From positions 26,168,851 to 26,232,850 of the forward strand of contig CM119266.1 of assembly GCA_051294375.1 (NCBI GenBank): a DNA stretch of 64,000 nt, in the 5' to 3' direction. Shown here one piece after another: positions 31,901 through 44,900 of the stretch. This DNA is from Paraspadella gotoi. Lineage: Eukaryota; Animalia; Chaetognatha. Below the pieces are notes generated by a model that did no database searches, had not been told where the DNA came from, and was given only the letters and a program-made list of their open reading frames with translations. Position numbers and translations under genes: made by a program. How positions within the stretch are numbered: the stretch's first letter is position 1; the number at the start of each line of letters is the position of its first letter.

Positions 31901-34900
31901 GCTGAATTTTTTCAGACGGCTCATTTACTTTGGGCGCTTTAATCGAAGGTTTCCAAGCGTTTTCAGCAGTATTGAGCTTCACATCTCCTCCAAGGCTTCG
32001 ACCCAAACTTATTACTTTTGGTTGTCCACTCTTGGAAGGCATCCTTCCCATTTGCTGGCCATGAGGGCCAACACCACGCTGTTCTGGGCGTCGTTCACCC
32101 CTCAAACTGCCACCAGGACCATGGCTTATCATACCCCGAGAGAAACCCGCGGGTAGGACCGTTTTGGGCATGTATGGCGGATCAAAAACATTAAAAGGTA
32201 TTCCACCGGGAGGACCACCACCCATCATAGGAGGACCTTGAGTAGTGGGAGTTTGAGGAGGGGCCATGCGCGGCTTATCCAAAATCACATCACTTATCTG
32301 TGGAAGTTGGTCAGGTTTAGTTAAAGAAATCGGGATGAATTGAAGGTTCAGTAAAAAAGAACGGTCATAAACCCGCTTGCCACTTGGATTAGCGGGAGAC
32401 CACTGATCAGCATCATAAGCGATTTGAGCTGAAGTAGCAGTTTCAGATGAATCATCGACCAAAGATTCAGAACTATTTTTATCGACATCTTTAGCAGGAG
32501 TAGCTTCTTTCTCGGAATTCTGATCATCGTCTTCATCATCAACAATTTCACCTTCTTCCAACTCCTCTAATTCCGGTCCATTGGGTTGGAGTGCCTTTAC
32601 CAACAAATCTGCAGCTGATGGTTCAGGTTCATCTGGTAGAGTGAGACCTTTACTCTCATCTTGAGTCGAATTATCTACGCCAGAAATTTTGTTTTTGTTA
32701 TTGTCCAAGACTTCTTGGACAGAAACCTTGGATTCTAGCTCAAGATTTTCAACCAACTGATCTGAGGATGCTTCCTCAGTTGCAGATTCGGGAGCGGGAA
32801 TTTCAATTGAACATTTTGTCTCCACTTTTGAGTCGCTTTCATTCTCTACATTAGAAACGTCCTTGTCAGGTTCAAACTGCAAGGATAAAGCATGATTGCT
32901 TTCAATCTCTGATTTTTCGATTTTTTCACTGTCTGTCAAATTAATGATTTCATGAGGCACGAGTTTTTCATTATCTTCTTGAACTGAGCTGCTTTCAGTT
33001 TTATCTGGTTCAGTAGTTATAAAAGCATCCAATTCAGATTTTTCTTCTAGTAGTTTGGCGTTTTCATTGATCTTCTTTTTCTTTTGATTTTTCTTCCCGA
33101 TAGTATTAGTATCTCTCTTTTGAGCAGTTGTCGCAATCATTTCTGACTCGCAGACAGTAGTTTCAGGCAATGAAGGCAGAACGGTTTTAGCCTCATTCTC
33201 AACATTTTCCTTCAGACTGGGCATGACCTCAGCCTCAGTGGCAGTTTTCTTCTCAATTTCAACATCATATTTTTGATCACTTGTAACGGAGACTTCATTG
33301 CTCGTAATATAATTGTAATCCACACCATTAGCAATAGTTCCGGAAGTCAAAACAGTTTCAGCACCATTCAAAGCATTGCTGGATAAATTTAGGTCTGGCT
33401 CTGCTGAGTCCATGAGGGGAACAATAGCAGATGTAGTATTGCTAATCGACACAGCAGCTTCGGACACATTGGGTGCATCCAACGAATTCGTTATAGGTAT
33501 TTCTTGAGATGATGCTTCAGCTTTTATTCGAAGGTTAACTTGCTTTATGAATTCTTCTCGTACACTAGGATTCTGTGGCGATGATGGTCCTGTGGCAGCA
33601 ACTGCTGGGGGAGCTCCAGGTGTAGTTCGTGAAGAAGATCCCTGACTAGCAGCATCGGAATCGCCAGTGGTCACAGCCGACTTTTTTATCTCAGGGGTGA
33701 TGTCTTTTAGCGAGACGGGGTTAACGATAGGAATAGCATGTGATCTTTTCTGTTCTCCTTGAGGGTACCTAGTAGCTGGTAAAGGCTGGTGCAGTGGTAT
33801 AGCATTGGGCTGAGTCGATGCTGTTGGTTGCTGCTGTGGCTGTTGGGGATTGGCTACTTGTGAAATGGCTGTTGCCGGCTGCTGTAAAGGAGGGATATAA
33901 AATGGGGTATTTGGGGTGAAAAAAGTTCCAGGCGGTGTAGGCTGGAGAGGAAAACTAGCTTGTTGCTGCAAAGGTTGGGAAGTAGCAGTCTGTGGTTGTG
34001 CTGCTTGTTGCAAATTCGGAGTCATTGCAGGATGCTGTGGTTGTGGTGGCATCGCGTTGTTGGCAGATTGAACATTATTGTCGTGAGCATGGGGTATTGG
34101 AGCGCCAGGAGTAACAACCGGTGTGGCTTGGACAGGCGGTCGCTGAGCTAATGCCTGAGTTGGCGCTTGTTGTGATGAAAATACCGCATAAGGTTGAGTA
34201 TTCCAAATCAACATAGGATGATACGCTGCAGCTATATTGGGCTGGCCAATTTGTTGCGGCACAGTAACGGGAGTAAGATGGTTATAAGGCGCCCTTGGTT
34301 GGCCCATCAGATTAGGATAGGGCATAGGAAAACCAGGATGCCCAGGCAGCCGTGGGGCTGATTGCATTGGATGGCCGTACATAATTCCTACAGTGGGTTG
34401 CGAGTTAGGAGTAGCAGGCGTCTGAGGCAAGGATCCGTTTTGAGAAGGAATCGCAATAGGACCCGATTGTTGAAGCTGTCCTTGCGAGTGAGCCGCAGGT
34501 TGCGAAACAGCTCCTATAACATGCTGTGCTGGATGTTGTTGGTGGGGCACGGGGTGGATGTGCTGGGCAACAGGGTGTGGAATTTGATTCAAGTTAGGGT
34601 TATGCATGGATTCAGCCCCAGCAGGGGTTCCAGTAGCCGAAGAAGAGGAAGACGGTGAAGCCGACTAAAAAAAACCCAAAAAATCATATTACTATTTTAA
34701 AATTAAATAAATTATGTTTTAAAAATGAGCACAACAGTATTTTATAATTATATTCTTATGAACCTATAATTTTAAATCCCTGCTTAGTCTTCGCCAATCA
34801 CCCTACATATATTCAAAATTTTCATCATCAATCACAAAAAAATTTATTTTAAATATTTTACAATTTTCTGGTCTGTTAAATTAAAAATCCTGGAATAATC

Positions 34901-35338
34901 ATAGATGTAAATGAAACCACTCACTAGATGTTGTATATTTGACGAATTGGAGTTTGCAAGTTTAGGTTCGCATTGATGTTGACTTGGTCTAGGTCTATTA
35001 GGCCAATTGTTCGATGCGATAAACTGCTGTTGCTGCTGTTGTTGCTGCTGAATATGTTGCTGGTGCGCTGGCAGTAGTGGTTCACCCCCGCCGTGCGACA
35101 CAGAATGAAAGGGAAAAGGATGGACGACGCGTTGCGCATGCGACAATGTTGTGTATAGCGCGGATTGTTGCGGCGGTTGGGGAAGCCGATGAGCTGGACG
35201 ATCAGTTCCGGAGGAAATGGGACCTCGTAATTGAAGAGGGGGACAAGAGGGGGCACGAAGAAATGCTTGTTGTTGTGGTTGCTGATTGGCGAATGCGGGG
35301 CTTCCGACGGCGGGCTGATTCGGTCGCGGTAGGTTCAT
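28978..35338 (-). CDS. EIF4G: Eukaryotic translation initiation factor 4 gamma (eIF4G1/3-type)
   Basis: PABP-site-like KRSHAIPIVNP, eIF4E-binding YDRSFLL, MIF4G (GILNKLTPQKF, IFEKAIDEP, LGNIRFIGELFKL, SRVRFMLMDV), MA3, and W2 exons ending ..CYDEDIISEAAF..GKGVAMKSVVQFFRFLQEAEEVED*. Exons 35338-34925, 34664-29527, ~29452-29284, 29206-29113 and ~29046-28978. Confidence 0.96.
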
Positions 35339-35664
35339 CGCAATCTGCTAAGTTTTCCCACCCAGAGGAGGAGCCCAAACTCCTCATTAATAAAGTTAAT
35401 TCCTAAAATGATTTTTACGATCAAAGCCCAACAACGAAGACACAATTTAAAAATAGTGACGATTTTATATTCATTCACTATCCCTGGGCGGGAGAGGATG
35501 AAGAAAAAAATAAAATTCTGCAAAGAGTAAATAATACAAGACTTATTTTGGCGAAAAATATACGAAATTAAAGACATTAAAAACAATCGGGGAGATTCAG
35601 TAGCACAGCACATTGCGAGACAGACACGGAAAAAAGGAGAACAAATTAAAAAATATTAAAAATA

Positions 35665-36616
<952 letters not shown>

Positions 36617-36679
36617 TAATACGATCAATGACGAGCTGACGACCATATCAAACGTAACTAATTTATGTCAAGCGGCGAG

Positions 36680-37968
36680 TCAAAGCGCGGTGGGTCCGTC
36701 TTTCTTAACACATTCATTTCCATCGTCGTTCTCGTCCAGAGACCCCGGAGACTTTTTCGCCCGGAATCTGACGAACGGATTGGCGAGGACAGAGACGTCA
36801 ACAACGGGGTCGGCTAAATTGGTCGGGTCCGACGCCGACCGCGTCATCACGTTGCGAATGATGGCAGATGCAGCCGTACGTACGACGCCGCGCTTGTCAC
36901 GAAAAAGCCTACCGCGCCCGATCCGTTCTAGCGAGTCCGGAGAGACGGCGCGACTGGAAGCGGCCGAGGCGACGCCGGCGTAGCACGAAGTGTAGAACCG
37001 CTTCTCGGGGGGAATGGAGACGATGGCGTGGGTGGCGCGGATGGCGACGATGAGACGGTCGAGCAACGCCATATAGGCGTGATATTCGGGCTCCAAGAAA
37101 GGCTCTGGACCGAAGCGCGCGTGGTCGTAGCGGTCGCAAAATTCTTGGATGATGGGGGAAAAGGATTCTTCTAGGTAATGTTTTTGAATGAGTTCCATCA
37201 GAAAGAGACGCAAAGAACTGCCTGGCGGACGAAAGAGTTCCGAGTCGAGGAAAACCTGGTCGGCAGTAAAGAAAGAAAAGGCATTTAAAACCAAAATGAA
37301 ATTAGCTTCATCAGTATGCGGACTAACCAACTCATCGTCAAGAACGTCGACGGCGTCCACCGCCCGCATCCTCCATTCGTAGGAAGACGTGTTACGCGTT
37401 TTCGATGTCTTTAGTTCTTGCGTCTTATGCGTCCAGAGCTTTGGCTCGTGTTTGATCTTTGGCACGCACTGTAAACGTCGTAGAATCTCTGCAGAAAAGT
37501 TTAAACGGCTTTAAATCAAAATTCCTCGATCCGACTTGAAATTGTAGAAATATTGAACTTACCAATATTTAAGGCCCTGTTGGCATTTTCCCCGATCGGG
37601 TAATGGGGCGTGTGTTTTGTTCGAGAAACAAACCGTGCAATTTGTCTTTTGACGAACTTTAATGAGTGATACAAATGTGCAAAATTAATTGATAAAAACA
37701 TAAAATACTTATTTTATCGTAATTACTCTAGGACACTCACCATGAATAAGAGAAAAAAGGCGAGAGCTCCGCAAGCGATGAACATTAAAATCGTTATCGA
37801 TTTAAAGTTTCCTGGTAGAAAAAGCATTAAATTTTTTTTTTATTTGGGTCTTAAAAACAAAAATATCACTTATATCTTACCTTGCTCGTCCAAAGCTTGG
37901 TCTCGTTGTGTCGTCGTCTCCATTGTTTCCGTCGTCGCCTTCGCCGTCGTCTTCACAGATTCCTCCAT
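36680..37968 (-). CDS. Uncharacterised protein (~300 aa), two coding exons
   Basis: Exon 37968-~37881 (MEESVKTT..LDEQ, donor gtaag) splices in frame to an acceptor at ~37489 (EILRRLQCVPKIKHEPK..). The long ORF has coding-like GC bias and a globular-looking core; family not recognised. Confidence 0.7.
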
Positions 37969-37970
37969 TT

Positions 37971-38014
<44 letters not shown>

Positions 38015-38015
38015 A

Positions 38016-38420
38016 TCACTGGTACACTGGCTGTTCGCTTTCCGCCTCCGCTTGGCACAAGTAGATCATGACGATCATAAGTCCGAAAAAGTTAAGAACG
38101 AGACCGAGCGTGAGGCCGACAACAGCCCAACGCCGCGCCAGCTCGGCGTTGACCAGCGCCCCCTCGCGATCGCCGCGAGCCCCGGCCGCTCGAGACAGGA
38201 GCGACTTGGAGACGGCGACGGCGCCGAGGGGGCAGCAGAGGAAAAGGACTAGGACCGAAAGCAGAAAGTGATCCGAGGCGACTACGGGAGAGGAGGAAGA
38301 GGAGGAAGATATCGCCGTCACCGGGAAAGCGGAGAGAGAAGGGGTGATGATGGAGTCGTCGTCATTGTCGTCGTCGTCGTCGAATTCCACTTCGTGGGCC
38401 CAACGGACGAAAGCAGACAT
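38016..38420 (-). CDS. CD225/dispanin-family (IFITM/PRRT1/TMEM91-like) membrane protein, single coding exon
   Basis: DHFLLSVLVLFLCCPLGAVAVSKS..GDREGA..AELARRWAVVGLTLG matches the CD225 pattern (D-h..CC.P.G..A...S...GD...A...A+....). Confidence 0.85.
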   Translation of the reverse strand: MSAFVRWAHEVEFDDDDDNDDDSIITPSLSAFPVTAISSSSSSSPVVASDHFLLSVLVLFLCCPLGAVAVSKSLLSRAAGARGDREGALVNAELARRWAVVGLTLGLVLNFFGLMIVMIYLCQAEAESEQPVYQ

Positions 38421-38931
38421 ATAGTTTGTTTTGCTTTGTGGCTCCTAATGATAAATGGGTAGAAGACACGACCCTTCTGCGGAAACGGAAAAAAAAACGT
38501 TCAAAATATTTCGTGGAATAAACTAATAAAGTCACCAACACCTTTGGAATAAACGACTAGATTATTGTATCTAATGAAACTATAAAAAATACGGTTCAAA
38601 AAAAATTTGAGAAATGAATGAGATCTGGAATAAGATGTTTTCGCAATGCTTTCTTTAGAAAGAATTTTCGGTACAAAATCACTAAAAGCCCCGTAATTAA
38701 ATTAATTATGGCATAAATACCAGCTTGACTAAAAGATGGGAGCAACTGACGGGAAACATGAAAAATCTATTTTAAGCATGCTCCCGAAGAAAGAATATGA
38801 TCACATTTAATGCACATTGAATAGCGAACAATTATTCTAAAAGGAAAAACGGAAACCGCAATTATTCGATGGAATGATTAGTTCAAAACTTGAAATAAAA
38901 AAAACTTTCGCAGCCTTGAAGGAAGAAATGT

Positions 38932-41900
38932 TCAGACCCTTTGGATCTCGAAAAGTTTGACATCCGTGTCGTACCAAATCCCGGGTTCCATGTTGCGCAA
39001 ATAAATGACGCCCCACATGTAGGTGCGAAACCACATTGTGGTGCCGGCATTGGGCTGATATTTACGGATGAGAATCGGATGAGGCACAGGAAGGAGGCCT
39101 ACCAACGTGCCGTGTTGAAGGAACTTAAGAATTTCGCTCTCGTCCGTCAGACCTTAAAATTAGCGATATTTTTTCTTTATTTCAACTTAACTTTCACAAA
39201 ATCATACTTTATTCAATATTCATGCTAACTAACCTTTATCGATACAAATTTTTTCCACCTGAGGCACCAAGACCTGCAACATTCTCATAATTGTTTGTAA
39301 CGGGAGTTTCTGCTTCCACGAGGATATCCACTCCGGGGTTGGTATCCAACTTGCAGCAGACGAACTAGCCGCTAAAAGAAACATACTTATAAGCATATCA
39401 ATTCAACGATATCAAGTAAGCTATGAATACTAGAGTGGAGCACTCAAGAACAAAAAAAATATTCGAATGATCGAATGATTAACTAATACAAAAAATATTT
39501 TGTTCATATTGTCTCGGGAACAGAATAATAAAATATAATTTATTTGTAGTAATATCCTTATAAAATAGTAAATATTTTAAATAATTTTTTAAAAATTTTA
39601 AATAAAGATTCAGATTTTTCATAAAAAGTTAAAATCAAAATATAAAACATATTATCAAAAATTCTGTCATCTTCAGCGTTTAAAATTTAAAAAAAGGTAA
39701 AAATTTAGCTTTTTTATTCTCTGTAATAAAAACTCATATATTAGAACGTAGTGAAAGTTACGTTCGGAAATTCTAAATGTCAATTATGAATAACATACTA
39801 TCAATGAACATTAATTTGTAAAAAAAAATATTTTATGTTTTTTTAATTTTTGCAGTAGGCTATAGTATAGTATATATAGTACATATAATACTATCCTTAT
39901 AAAATCAAAAAAATTCAAAATAGGATTTTTTAAATTTTGATTGCAGATTTGAATTCCTCGTCAAAAGTTAATAAAAGAAAATATAAATCATTTTTAAAAA
40001 TTCTTTCATTAAGTGGGTTAAAAATTAAAAAAACTATATTAAATATATAAAAAGTTAATTTTTAGTTTAAAATATAGATTTTTTTAATTTTTGACCCACT
40101 TAATGAAGGAATTTTTCAAAAAGAGTTATATTTCTTTTTATCAACTTTTTATGACAAATCCAAATCTGTAAAAAAATTGTAAAAAAACTTTTGAAATTTT
40201 AACATTTTAGGAATAATACTAGTATAAATATGGCCTACTGTATAAATTGTAAATTTTATTATAAATTGTTTTAATATATGTTTATTAATATAATATTGTT
40301 CGTTCCTCACTTTTAGAATTGTAATTAAAGTTAAATTTAAAAATTTTACTACGCCTTATTATCATTTTTTGTGATCTAAACATTAAAATATCATATAATA
40401 ATCATAATATAATATAATAATCATATATAGCTCCTTGTATTTTGATGCTAGTGCGGAGTACAATAAGTATTCCCCGATCTAATACTTAAGGGAGTGGTCT
40501 TTTCATACAATTGAAACATTCTTTGAAATATTTTTCACTTCATTGATGGGGAAGCCAGGTGCTCTGGGAGTGAATAAACGAGACTGTGAGAGAGTCTTAA
40601 TTGAAAGCTTGCAGGGACCTGCTATGTCATTATCTTGTAAGAGTGATGGAGGCCTTAGGCCGCCAAGGCCTGTCCAAGGTCAGGGGCAAGATGGCTTGTT
40701 TATTAAATGAATGAATAATTTTTATATTGGTTGTACCAATTTCATAACATATTTTATAAAAGTTTTTTTTTACGGCGAATCCAAATCTGTTCTTAAAAAT
40801 AAAAAAAATTATTTTAAAATTTGACGATTTTATAAGGATATTACTATATAAATAACTGAATTTACTATACTGTTAAGCTAAAAAAATTTTTAAATGGATT
40901 TAAAATTTATTAATTACATATCCATAAGCAGAAAAAAAATAATGTTCAATCACAATCTTTTCATCACTCCACCCTAATGAATACGCCTATGTAATTTGAT
41001 TAATGCCAGTTTTTTAAATCAAAACGTCTGCTCGGCAGCCAAGGAAAAAAAACTCTTTTGAAAACTTACCCGAATAAATGGAAGAAGTGGAAGAGCTCGT
41101 TCTCATCTTGCTTCTGGTCGGTTTTTCGTTGGTTGGAGTTTCGCTCTCCATTGATTGACTTCTTCCTAGGTCTTCGGGGGGAGCGGCCGTGGAGCCGCCG
41201 CTTCCACTGCCGCCTTCGCGGACCCCGTTTCGCATTGTTCGCTCCACCTCAGCATCTTCGGGTGACGGAGGCGGAGTTTCCGTGCCTCCATTTTTGTTGC
41301 TATCGGCGATACCTCCGCCTGTATTTAAAAGAACTTAATAAAAAAATAATTATACTTACCTATATAGTATATAGTACCTAAGGCTAAGCAATTTTTTTTT
41401 ATTCGATGACTTTTATAAAACTCTGTTCGATAAAAAAAAGAATTTTTCACATTCTATTCACGTGATTAGTAGTAGGACGATTGTGATAAGCTTATCGCGC
41501 TGCGATCATTAAGACATTTTTTTCGTGTGGGAAAGAAGGAAAAATAAGGAAAAAGAAAGAAAGTAAAAAAAAGAAACAAAAAAAGTAAAAAAAAAAAAAA
41601 AAAAGAAAGACTCGAAACTTATCGAATACAGTTTTAATCGAATTTATTCTTTTGGATCGAAACACTTTTTCCCCGATTCGAAAATCAAAATTCGTAAAAA
41701 AAGACCCCGGTGCTAATCGACTGATATGATCAGAACTAATATTCACGCCAAAAAAATTTCAAATCTGCAGAGAATTAGCATAATACATCGGTATATGAAT
41801 TATACAGTACAAGATTTGGATCTCACCAGTTTCCTCAGAGACATCGACTGCTCGCTGTGGTTTGGGAGAATCCACCTCGGTTTCCTCCTTGTTCCCCGTC

Positions 41901-44900
41901 GACTCCGAAATGGCCTGAATCCGTAAAACGGGTACAATGAGTCAAAAGTCTCTCGATCGATTTGGGCTTCGCCGTCTCCTTTCCATCTTTCCTGACCATA
42001 TGCCCCCGACTTTCCCATTCATCTCTCTCAAAAGAAACGACAAAAAAAAAAAAAAAAAAAAAAAACCTGGTCCTCGGGTTGTCCCAGCTGACGCTGTCGG
42101 TGAGCCAGCGTCGTCTCGTCATGGCGGACACGGCCGGAGTCGCCGCCAGCGTCGTCTTGAGAGTTCCGGGCGCCGCCTCCTGCGCTGGCGCCGATCCTTC
42201 CTGAGAGCGTTCGAAAGCCGAACTCGGCGACACCGGGTCGCCGACGGGCGGGACCGGGGGAGCACGCGACGACGCGGCAGAGTCGTGGCGGCCACGCGAG
42301 CCGAGTCGTTTGGACTTTTTTGCGATGGCCTTGGCGATCGCGCCGTGGTCGATGGGGAGGTTGGACAGCGCGTGAAACACGTTTCTTTTGCGGATGATGG
42401 TGTAGACGAGATTCGAGTTTCCTGCGAGAATATTTTTTTTATTATTATTTTCACTTTTTATAATCTTATTTAACGGAAAAAAATAAGATTCCACACGATA
42501 AAAAAAAAAAAAAAAGTCCGCAAGAACTAGCAAATGAACGATACATACGAATCCCGAATTAAGCATGGATAACAACGAAAAAAAACCTAATATGTTTGTT
42601 AATTTACCGTCAAACTGATATTGAATGACGTTGTTAAAGACTTCGAGAAGGAAAAAGACGAGGTGGTGATTTGTCGAATTGGCGTAGAGAAACCAGGGTG
42701 TCGAGAAAGCCTCGAGAAGATGCAGCAGTTTGGTGGCGGCTACCATCGACAACGCTTTCACGTACGGAGAAACGTTGACGACGATGGTTAGGAGGCAGTC
42801 GAACAAGGGCTAGCGAATGAAGAGGAGGGGAATGAGAGGAGGAAGAGGATTATGGCGGGTTTCAGAAACGAGGGACTCGTGCTTTTTTCTCGCTTGACTT
42901 GTTTCTCCGTAAAAAATAAGGCCAGTATCGGGTTCGAAGGATGTGAATATTAAACACCGTTGTTATGGTGAGAAAGTTTTAGAGCAAATCAAAAGCCAGG
43001 ATACCTGCAAACGAGCGTGCCCAGAGGTGACTATTTTGTGAAAAACGATGATAAGGAGATCTGCGTGATTTCCCGTAAAAACTGGAATGTCCATGGGAAC
43101 GCGAACCGAGTAAGGTTTGTTAAGACGAACGCCGAAGTTACGTTCCCCGCTCAGAAGAAGTAGGATGAAAACCTTGGGGGGGGGGTTATGTATCACGTTT
43201 GTACATCATTCGAAAATGTATGTGTAATGTCTACGTATATTTGTTTGACTTTTGTTTGACTTTTGTTTGCCTAGTCGCGAACAAGACCGCCAACTAAAAG
43301 CCAAACCGGTCGATCGGCTTAGACCCGAACTGCAAATGTAGAATCCCCGCATTCCCTTTATTACCCTCTGGACGAGATTCCTCTGTGGACAATGACTAGA
43401 AAGAACACAAAAAAACTCACGGCGATGTGCATGAGACCCAGCCGAGACTGATCGGCTCTGGAATCGTTGAGATGGTAGAGTATGGGAACCAAAATGTCCA
43501 GAACGTCCGAAGATTTAAGGACGTGAAGCAAAAACTTTTTGTTGGCGTCGCACATCTTCCAAAAAAGGACCAAGAGCTCTTGGTAAAAGTGAACCCGTTT
43601 ACAGGAGCCTGAAAATAGGATTAAGAGCCTATAAAAGAGAAGAGAAGAGAAGAGAAGAGAAGAGAAGAGAAGAGAAGAGAAGAGAAGAGAAGAAAAGAGA
43701 AGAAAAGAGAAGATCATCACTGACAAACATATTATTGGACTTCACCTGGCAAGTAGGTTTGCACGAGCGGGTTGGTCAAAAGCCGAGTGATGCCCTTGAG
43801 AATAAGAGCAAAATCCTCTTCCCTATGGATACGCGAGAGGTAGTTGAGAAAAAGATTATCAGCAACACCGGGTTCGAACCCTGGTCCATCTTCTGGAGAG
43901 TCATTATCCGCGTGATCGAGAGTAACACAAAGAACCTTAAAAATTCGTTTTTGATGAAAAAATACGATAGGGAGGGGAAACCATGATCCTAGCTGAAGGA
44001 TCTAAGCAAGCTGATGCCGATGAGACAAAAAGAATGGGTTTCAATTAATTCTTTCTTTTTTCTTTTTTCTTTTTTTTTCTCTCTCGTCTGACATGGTTAA
44101 TCGATGTGGTTAAGGCGCTTAGTGGGATGAAGACTACTATCCGTATCTTCTGTGCCCCCTTAGCAGCAATGGAACGGGTCCTGGGCTTGGAACCAGGCAC
44201 GAGGGTTTTCCACGCTCACAAGGTGGTTTACGGCCGTCCTCAAGCTTCAGGTTAGGTACCGGATTGGGATCGAACCCGGTACCTAGTAGTAATAAGCTGT
44301 AGGCTTTACTCAATGAGCCACCGGGTCACGACTGAAGGGATCATGCTTATAGGCGGGGTGAACTTATGTAATGCCCGACTACATCTAGTACTTCAACTCA
44401 TTAAAATGCTAAATGATCGAAAGTGAATCACCTGAAGAGAAATCTCGACCAGAGGTTCTCGGTGATCAGAAAAGAGGAGGTGATTGTATGGGACTCCGTA
44501 TCCGACAGGGTCGTAGGAGCAGACCACGTTAAGCAGTGAAGTGAACAGAGGAAGAGCGTGCCGATTTTCCGCCGAGGTGAAGTGGGAGATCCATTTGTTA
44601 GGCTCCAAATGGGCGTCAACAACTGCAAAGAAAAAAAGATAACTTGACTTAGGATGAAAAACATAAAATCACATCAAAACGATGAACATCAAATTTAAGA
44701 GGGCACAACGATTACTCACCAGGCGGTAAATACATCGCGTCAGAAAAGCAGGTGAGCAGCAGCTTGAGTATTTCGGTCCTGTTTTGGTCGTGCTGCGGTA
44801 CCTGCGGCTGCGAGTGCGCGAACCCGACTCCGCTTTCCCATATGTACTCGCAGCTGTCAATGCTCTGAGGGTCTTCATGAGTCTCGGGGCCACTAGCATC

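Noticed and set aside
44266-44325. tRNA gene candidates (also ~57085 and ~59970)
   Set aside because: A/B boxes are present but there is no acceptor stem or cloverleaf and no Pol III terminator; treated as SINE heads.
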